DNA of 64,000 nucleotides. Origin: Ignavibacteriota bacterium (GTDB lineage Bacteria; Bacteroidota; Ignavibacteria; UBA10030; BY39). The notes under the pieces are model-generated. The model saw only the letters and a program-made list of their open reading frames with translations. It did no database searches and was not told the origin of the DNA. Made by a program: the position numbers and the translations under genes. Below, piece by piece: positions 58,352 through 64,000 of the stretch. The DNA lies in assembly GCA_003327435.1 (NCBI GenBank), contig QOQV01000001.1:399917-463916 (forward strand), in the 5' to 3' direction. How positions within the stretch are numbered: the stretch's first letter is position 1; every line of letters begins with the position of its first letter.

Positions 58352-61282
58352 CTATGATTCAGTAAAAATTTTATTTATTAACTGCAACATATCCTGGGCT
58401 TTAAAAGGTTTTTGTATAAAACCACTGATTCCCCTTTTTTCCAATTCTTGTTTCTTATCAATTTCCAAGAACCCTGAAATAAAAACAAATTTTACTGATG
58501 GATTAATTGCTTTAATTTTTTTGAATGTTTCTTCACCACCCATTCGAGGCATACCGATGTCGCTAATTACAAGATCGATTTTTTGTTTATTCTGCATATA
58601 TATCTCAACACCTTCGTAACCATCTTTTGCAGTCATTACATTAAAACCGGCATCAACAAGCATATCTTTCAATAATTCACGCAGCATATCTTCGTCATCT
58701 ATGATTAAGATTGTTTTTGTTGGAAGAATTTTGGGAATCCCGCCTGACTTGCGAACTTCATTAAGTTTCTTCCTTATTTTTGGTAGGTAAATTAAAAAGG
58801 TTGTACCTTCATTAATTCTACTTTGAACATCAATGTATCCACCGTGTTGGGTTATAATTCGATAAACAATTGATAAACCAAGTCCTGTGCCCTTACCCGG
58901 ACCCTTTGTGGTAAAGAATGGATCAAAAATTTTGGTTAATGTATCTTCATCGATGCCAGAACCATTGTCATTTACGCCAATCGTGATAAATTCATCATCG
59001 GTTTGAATTCCAAATTTATTTAATATTTCTAAGTTCGAACAACTTCTTAACAAGAAAGTAATTTTACCTCCTTGAGGCATTGCATCCCGTGAGTTAATCG
59101 CAAGATTTATTAATGCTTGCTGTAATAAACCCTCATCACCGTTAATAAAACTTAATTCTGAGAGTTCATCTTCCAATTCTATAAAAATATTTTTAGGGAA
59201 TGTCGAGTTTAAAATATTTTTCACATCCACCAATAACTTTTTTGGAGATAGAGTTGACATTTGAGGCTCTCTTGCCTTTGAAAAAAACAGTAATTGTTTA
59301 ACAACACTAATACCACGCTCCACAGAGTTATTAATCATATTAAGATAATTAATCACTTCATCATTCTTACTCTTTGTTTGAGCCAATTCCACTGCCCCTT
59401 TAATTATGCTTAGAATATTGTTCATATCATGAGCAATGCCACCTGAAAGTGTGCCGAGGGCTTCAAGTTTTTGAGCCTGTATTAACATTTTTTCAAGTTT
59501 TTTTCTTTCAGCATCCTCCTGTAAATTTTTTGTTATATCTCTCTGAATTCCAAAATGTCCAAATATCTTGCCGTCTTGATCATACATAACAACATACTGG
59601 ACATCAAGCCACATTTCTTCCCCATTCAACTTTCTTGTTTTAATCACTTTATTTACATGCCCGTTATCAAACAATTCTGTCCAGATTCTTTTCGCTTCGT
59701 CTATATTATCTTGAAACAGATCTTGAGGAGTTTTGCCTAAAAGCTCATTTTCATCCCGAGCAGCATATTGTTGAACAAATGCTCTATTAACCATTGTCAA
59801 ACGTTGATTCTTAAAAACATGTTCAAGTATCTTTTCCTTATTATTTTGATCATTCCAATAGAATTCTTCACCTTCAGGCACTAACATAAATAGACAACCA
59901 TCCATTGATGCTCTGAAAAATATTTCCAGTTGTAATTGTAATTTTTCCTGAATTTGTTGCGATCTCTTCTCATCTGTGATATCTCTTAAGATCCCAAGCA
60001 CCTGAATTCCATCTTCAAATATTTTTAGAGGGACTGTGTTAGCTTCAACATATCTAACATCACCATTCTTTGTTATAATTTCAAATTCGTATTTAGGCGA
60101 TATATTTTCTCCTCTCTTACGAGCCTCGGCTCTTTGTTCTATAATTTTTCTATACTTTGGTGTTATTATCTCCATCATATTAAAACCTGGATTGCATACT
60201 TCTTCAGCTCTATACCCAGTAATTTCCTCAAATTTTGGATTAACGAAAATAAAATTTTTATTTTTCAATAAATAGATTCCATCGCTCGCATTTTCAACAA
60301 GTAACTTATATAATTCATCTTTCTTTCTTAATTCTTCAAGTGCTCTTCTTTCCTCAGTAATATCCTGAGCAACGCAGATAGTACCTTCAATCTCTCCCGA
60401 TGGATTTTTTAATGATTCGACCGTTGCCTGATAAATTTTCCCTTGGTGTGTAAATTCAAACGTACCACTTTCTCCCTTTAGAGCTAATAAATGCTTTTGA
60501 ATTATTGGAGAATATATATCATGCACATTAAAAAATTCAGCAATACTTTTTTCAATATGTTGCGAAACATCTATATCCATTTGCTTGATATTTGAACCCG
60601 ACAAAGAAAGCAAATTTAAGTTTCTATCAGTAGTCCATATTAATGCAGGTAACTGATCATACATTATTCTAAGACGTGTCAGCTTTTCGTGCATCTCGAA
60701 CTCGGTTTTTTTACGAGCTGTAACATCCCTCACTATTGCTTGGATATAATTTTTACCTGATAATTCCAACTTATTTAAGGAAACTTCAGCATAAAAAGGT
60801 GTCCCATCTAATTTTATGTGCGTCCACTCAAAGAACTGAGGATTACCTTTTAGTGCCTCGCCTATTAATTCTAAAGCTTTAGTTTTCGAATCCCTTCCAT
60901 CTGGTTGCCATAAAGGAGAAAATTTATAGGGTGGTTGTCCAATAATATCTTCCCGCTTACAACCAAACATTTCAAGTGTTTTTTCATTGCAATCAATAAA
61001 AGTTTCACCATCCATAATAAAAATAGCATCATTCGCTGACTTAAATAATGTCTGATATCTTTGCCCTTTTTCATAACTTTCCTGCTGTGAGCTGGATAAA
61101 ACTTCCTGTGTACTTCTTAAATAATTTAATATTACGAATAGGATAACACTTGAAATAATAGAAACCAGTAAATGACCAGTAGAAAATAATGATTCTCCTG
61201 GATTGGATATTTTAATAATTAACAGAATGGAAATAAATACAAGGAAGACGGAAATATATATAAATTTTTTACTAATAAGCAT
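58352..61282 (-). CDS. Hybrid sensor histidine kinase/response regulator with N-terminal TM anchor and multiple PAS domains
   Basis: 976 aa. Two TM helices and at least three PAS-like modules. H-box [13 protein letters not shown]; HATPase boxes ([28 protein letters not shown]). C-terminal receiver ([10 protein letters not shown]...[10 protein letters not shown]...K). Confidence 0.85.
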   Translation of the reverse strand: MLISKKFIYISVFLVFISILLIIKISNPGESLFSTGHLLVSIISSVILFVILNYLRSTQEVLSSSQQESYEKGQRYQTLFKSANDAIFIMDGETFIDCNEKTLEMFGCKREDIIGQPPYKFSPLWQPDGRDSKTKALELIGEALKGNPQFFEWTHIKLDGTPFYAEVSLNKLELSGKNYIQAIVRDVTARKKTEFEMHEKLTRLRIMYDQLPALIWTTDRNLNLLSLSGSNIKQMDIDVSQHIEKSIAEFFNVHDIYSPIIQKHLLALKGESGTFEFTHQGKIYQATVESLKNPSGEIEGTICVAQDITEERRALEELRKKDELYKLLVENASDGIYLLKNKNFIFVNPKFEEITGYRAEEVCNPGFNMMEIITPKYRKIIEQRAEARKRGENISPKYEFEIITKNGDVRYVEANTVPLKIFEDGIQVLGILRDITDEKRSQQIQEKLQLQLEIFFRASMDGCLFMLVPEGEEFYWNDQNNKEKILEHVFKNQRLTMVNRAFVQQYAARDENELLGKTPQDLFQDNIDEAKRIWTELFDNGHVNKVIKTRKLNGEEMWLDVQYVVMYDQDGKIFGHFGIQRDITKNLQEDAERKKLEKMLIQAQKLEALGTLSGGIAHDMNNILSIIKGAVELAQTKSKNDEVINYLNMINNSVERGISVVKQLLFFSKAREPQMSTLSPKKLLVDVKNILNSTFPKNIFIELEDELSELSFINGDEGLLQQALINLAINSRDAMPQGGKITFLLRSCSNLEILNKFGIQTDDEFITIGVNDNGSGIDEDTLTKIFDPFFTTKGPGKGTGLGLSIVYRIITQHGGYIDVQSRINEGTTFLIYLPKIRKKLNEVRKSGGIPKILPTKTILIIDDEDMLRELLKDMLVDAGFNVMTAKDGYEGVEIYMQNKQKIDLVISDIGMPRMGGEETFKKIKAINPSVKFVFISGFLEIDKKQELEKRGISGFIQKPFKAQDMLQLINKIFTES

Positions 61283-61337
61283 TGCTTTTTTCTTAAAATA
61301 TATTAAAATAAAATTTCAAAAACACAAATATCCAAAA

Positions 61338-62717
61338 TTATATCTGTGACTTTAACTTCCTTTCCAGTTCCTCAATTTTTTTTTCAAATAGTTCTTTCTG
61401 TTTTGGTCTTAGCTGAATCAATGCACGATACGTTTTGATAGCTTCTTCATATTCACCCTGTCTGACATATATTTCCGCTAAAGTAACACTAACAATTTGA
61501 GGTAATTCAGGTACAGGCCCATGATTAAAATCTACATTATCTAAAAAATGTTCCTTCTTTTTTGTTTCATGTGCTGATTCAAAAATTTTGGCTATATGCT
61601 CATCAGATTTTTTTGAATTATCCTCCTTCAAATTTGAATCTGAAATAATCTCTTGCTCCGTACTGATGTTTTTCACATCTTCCGATTCCGATAATACCTC
61701 AAATACTTTTGTGGATTCAGTAATCACGTTAAAATCTTTTGTCTTTTCCTCGATTATTCCAGCATCAATTCCCCCTGATATTGCTGTCTTGTTTTCAGTC
61801 AATTCGCTTTTTTCAGAAGATTCTTGAGCTATAATTTCCGATATTTCTTCGATTTTATGTTCTTCAAAATTCTGTTCATTAAAATTTTCTTCTTTAGCTT
61901 TTTGTTCAAGAATTTCAGTTTCCGTTTTAAACTCGTCAGCTGTTAAATTTTCCTCGGATTGCTCCACAAAAGCATCATTATGTTGTCCTACTAATTCTGG
62001 TGATTTAACCTCCACATCATTTTCAAAAGTAGTTACAGGCTGTTGATTATTACTATCACTTTCTGTTGAGCTTTCAAAATCGATAGATTGTAAAACTGAT
62101 TCTATAGCAGGAGGCAAGTTTGAATCATTCTGCTCTACAAACTCCACAACGATATGTTCTTGTTCAGGTGTGGTTTCATCAGCCAATGCAACATTTTCCT
62201 CACTTTGTTGTAATGGCATATTTTCATCAATTCCAAATCCTGAAGGCGTTTCCAGTTCAACCAAAAGTGACTCTTCTTTTTCTTCTTCAACAATTGTTTG
62301 AACATTATCTTCTTCAACTTCAAGGGTAGTAGGTAATGATAATTCTTTAAATAAAATCCCATTAAGTGTGTGAAAATCTGGTATTTCGGGGGAAGATTCA
62401 CTCCTTGGTTGCGAATTTTCCTGTAATGACAATTTTTCCCAATTCATCAACAAATTTTTAAGTATCCCTGAATCAGGTTGTATCGAAAATGCTTTCCTTG
62501 CACACAGGATAGCTTCTTTGTAAGAATTTAAAGCTGCATAGCATCGCCCGAGAATAACATAGGCAGTGGCATAATCTGGATTTTGTTCAATACATCTTAA
62601 AGAAAGACTAACAGCGCTTGTTATTTTCCCTCTGATTAAATACTGTCCTGCCAATCGAGCTGATAGAGGAGAATCAGGATTTTCATTTAGTCTTTCTTCT
62701 AATTGAAATATGTTCAT
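61338..62717 (-). CDS. TPR-repeat protein with long central acidic low-complexity region
   Basis: 459 aa. TPR-like helices at both ends (AYVILGRCYAALNSYKEA; YVRQGEYEEAIKTYRALIQ). The centre is E/D/S-rich and compositionally biased. Confidence 0.6.
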   Translation of the reverse strand: MNIFQLEERLNENPDSPLSARLAGQYLIRGKITSAVSLSLRCIEQNPDYATAYVILGRCYAALNSYKEAILCARKAFSIQPDSGILKNLLMNWEKLSLQENSQPRSESSPEIPDFHTLNGILFKELSLPTTLEVEEDNVQTIVEEEKEESLLVELETPSGFGIDENMPLQQSEENVALADETTPEQEHIVVEFVEQNDSNLPPAIESVLQSIDFESSTESDSNNQQPVTTFENDVEVKSPELVGQHNDAFVEQSEENLTADEFKTETEILEQKAKEENFNEQNFEEHKIEEISEIIAQESSEKSELTENKTAISGGIDAGIIEEKTKDFNVITESTKVFEVLSESEDVKNISTEQEIISDSNLKEDNSKKSDEHIAKIFESAHETKKKEHFLDNVDFNHGPVPELPQIVSVTLAEIYVRQGEYEEAIKTYRALIQLRPKQKELFEKKIEELERKLKSQI

Positions 62718-62724
62718 TAATATT

Positions 62725-64000
62725 TTATGATTTTATCTTCGTAAATTCATTTTGAACGGATTCAATTTTTTTCATCGAGAGATTGTATTTGCGTGCTAAC
62801 CAGGCATGTTTTAAGGATAAATACGAAACCAGTCCATAGCCCATTGTAAACAATAACTGAAATGGTACAGCAGCAATCTCAAGGTAATAAAAGGATATCA
62901 TTACACCGCTGAAACAATAAATTGCTAATAACCCTTCAATGAAAACAGTGTAATGAATTTTTGATGGTGTATATTTTTTCCCGGTCCATGATTCCTTTTT
63001 ACTAGTAATTCTATATTTTGGTGTACGAACAAATTCTGATTTCTTCTTTAATAACCCTTCGATAACAGCTCTTGTGTTATTAACTGCAAAACCCATACTG
63101 CCTGCCATAAATAGCGGGAACAAGAAAATTCTTTTATGCCAATCTGGGTAAATATCTTTCTGTGAATATAGATAGAATAGAAACGAACCTACGAATGCAA
63201 AAACAAAAATTGCCATCACAGCAAAATAGTGCTCGTATCCACCCTGATGTTTAATAAAGATTAATGGTACATTTAATATTCCAGCAAGTAATATAAATGG
63301 AAAAACAATATTACTAGTTAGATGGAATGTGGAATGAATTTTTTTACCCAATGGTAAATCAGATTTCCATACCTTTGGTAATATTTTTCTTGCTGTTTCG
63401 ATTGCTCCTTTTGTCCATCGGAACTGTTGTGATTTAAGCGCATTAATTTCAGAAGGGAGTTCGGCTGGTGAAGTAACATCGTTCAAAAATTTAAATTTCC
63501 ATCCTTTAAGCTGAGCTCTGTAGCTAAGATCCAGATCCTCTGTGAGAGTATCAGCTTCCCAGTTACCTGCGTCAATAATACATTCTTTACGCCAAATACC
63601 TCCGGTTCCGTTAAAATTGATAAAAAATCCGGCTTTATTTCTAACATTTTGTTCGATAACAAAATGCCCGTCGAGCGCCATAGCCTGAACACGAGTTAAC
63701 ATAGAATAATCACTGTTGAGGTGTTCCCATCTGGTTTGAACCATACCAATTTTCGGATCTGCCATAAAATATGGAAGTGTTTTTAGTAAAAAATCTGGCT
63801 TGGGAATAAAATCGGCATCAAATATTGCTATAAACTCACCTCTTGCAACTGCAAGGCCTTCCTTTAAAGCTCCAGCTTTATACCCAGTTCTATTTGTTCG
63901 ATGAATATGTTTTATGTCAAACCCTTTTGCTTTATACTTCTTTACTAGCTCAGCCACAACTTCTACGGTATCATCTGTGGAATCATCTAAAACCTGTATC
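62725..64000 (-). CDS. Family-2 glycosyltransferase (cellulose-synthase-like), 5' end truncated by the window edge
   Basis: The reading frame stays open upstream of the called GTG/Met to position 64000. It encodes ...IQVLDDSTDDTVEVVAELVKK (the GT2 DDSTD motif), followed by DADF (DxD), QxxRW (QQFRWTKG) and C-terminal TM helices. Confidence 0.8.
   Translation of the reverse strand, partial: IQVLDDSTDDTVEVVAELVKKYKAKGFDIKHIHRTNRTGYKAGALKEGLAVARGEFIAIFDADFIPKPDFLLKTLPYFMADPKIGMVQTRWEHLNSDYSMLTRVQAMALDGHFVIEQNVRNKAGFFINFNGTGGIWRKECIIDAGNWEADTLTEDLDLSYRAQLKGWKFKFLNDVTSPAELPSEINALKSQQFRWTKGAIETARKILPKVWKSDLPLGKKIHSTFHLTSNIVFPFILLAGILNVPLIFIKHQGGYEHYFAVMAIFVFAFVGSFLFYLYSQKDIYPDWHKRIFLFPLFMAGSMGFAVNNTRAVIEGLLKKKSEFVRTPKYRITSKKESWTGKKYTPSKIHYTVFIEGLLAIYCFSGVMISFYYLEIAAVPFQLLFTMGYGLVSYLSLKHAWLARKYNLSMKKIESVQNEFTKIKS

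Overview
The window is a low-GC (about one-third GC) bacterial chromosomal segment, densely packed with housekeeping operons, mostly on the minus strand. Gene content is consistent with the Fibrobacteres-Chlorobi-Bacteroidetes/Ignavibacteria-like group, but no species call is made. Reading from the start on the minus strand: a class-III aminotransferase and aldehyde dehydrogenase pair (possibly lysine catabolism); an operon purB-htrA-split transketolase-plsY; then the elongasome operon mreB-mreC-mreD-mrdA(PBP2)-rodA. The elongasome operon is followed, with an 18-nt gap, 4-nt overlap and 8-nt gap, by a LonC-like protease, an HDAC-family deacetylase and a membrane class-III nucleotidyl cyclase. 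Next come purH-purN, ldcA and an SPFH protein, then a tRNA-Asp(GTC). Beside the tRNA is a nitrite/NO-type respiratory and detoxification cluster: an epsilon-Hao-like octaheme cytochrome, a hemerythrin-like protein, a NapH-like polyferredoxin, an Rrf2/NsrR-like regulator, a small ORF, an ONR-type octaheme nitrite reductase with a CxxCK heme, and an outer-membrane porin. After that: polA; a PspC-domain pair; rpsB-tsf-pyrH-frr; rplM-rpsI; a 2-oxoacid dehydrogenase operon with lipA, lipB and two E1 systems (one fused alpha/beta); a POT peptide transporter; fur-feoA-feoB plus a Cys-rich micro-ORF; a DUF59 gene; ychF; ispG; rhomboid; pgk; gap; an SRAP (YedK-like) gene; a hybrid PAS histidine kinase; an acidic TPR protein; and a GT2 glycosyltransferase truncated at the window edge. 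There are no transposases, integrases, CRISPR arrays or classical defence genes. The most unusual content is the two-octaheme nitrite cluster beside tRNA-Asp and the LonC-HDAC-cyclase trio translationally coupled to the cell-shape operon.
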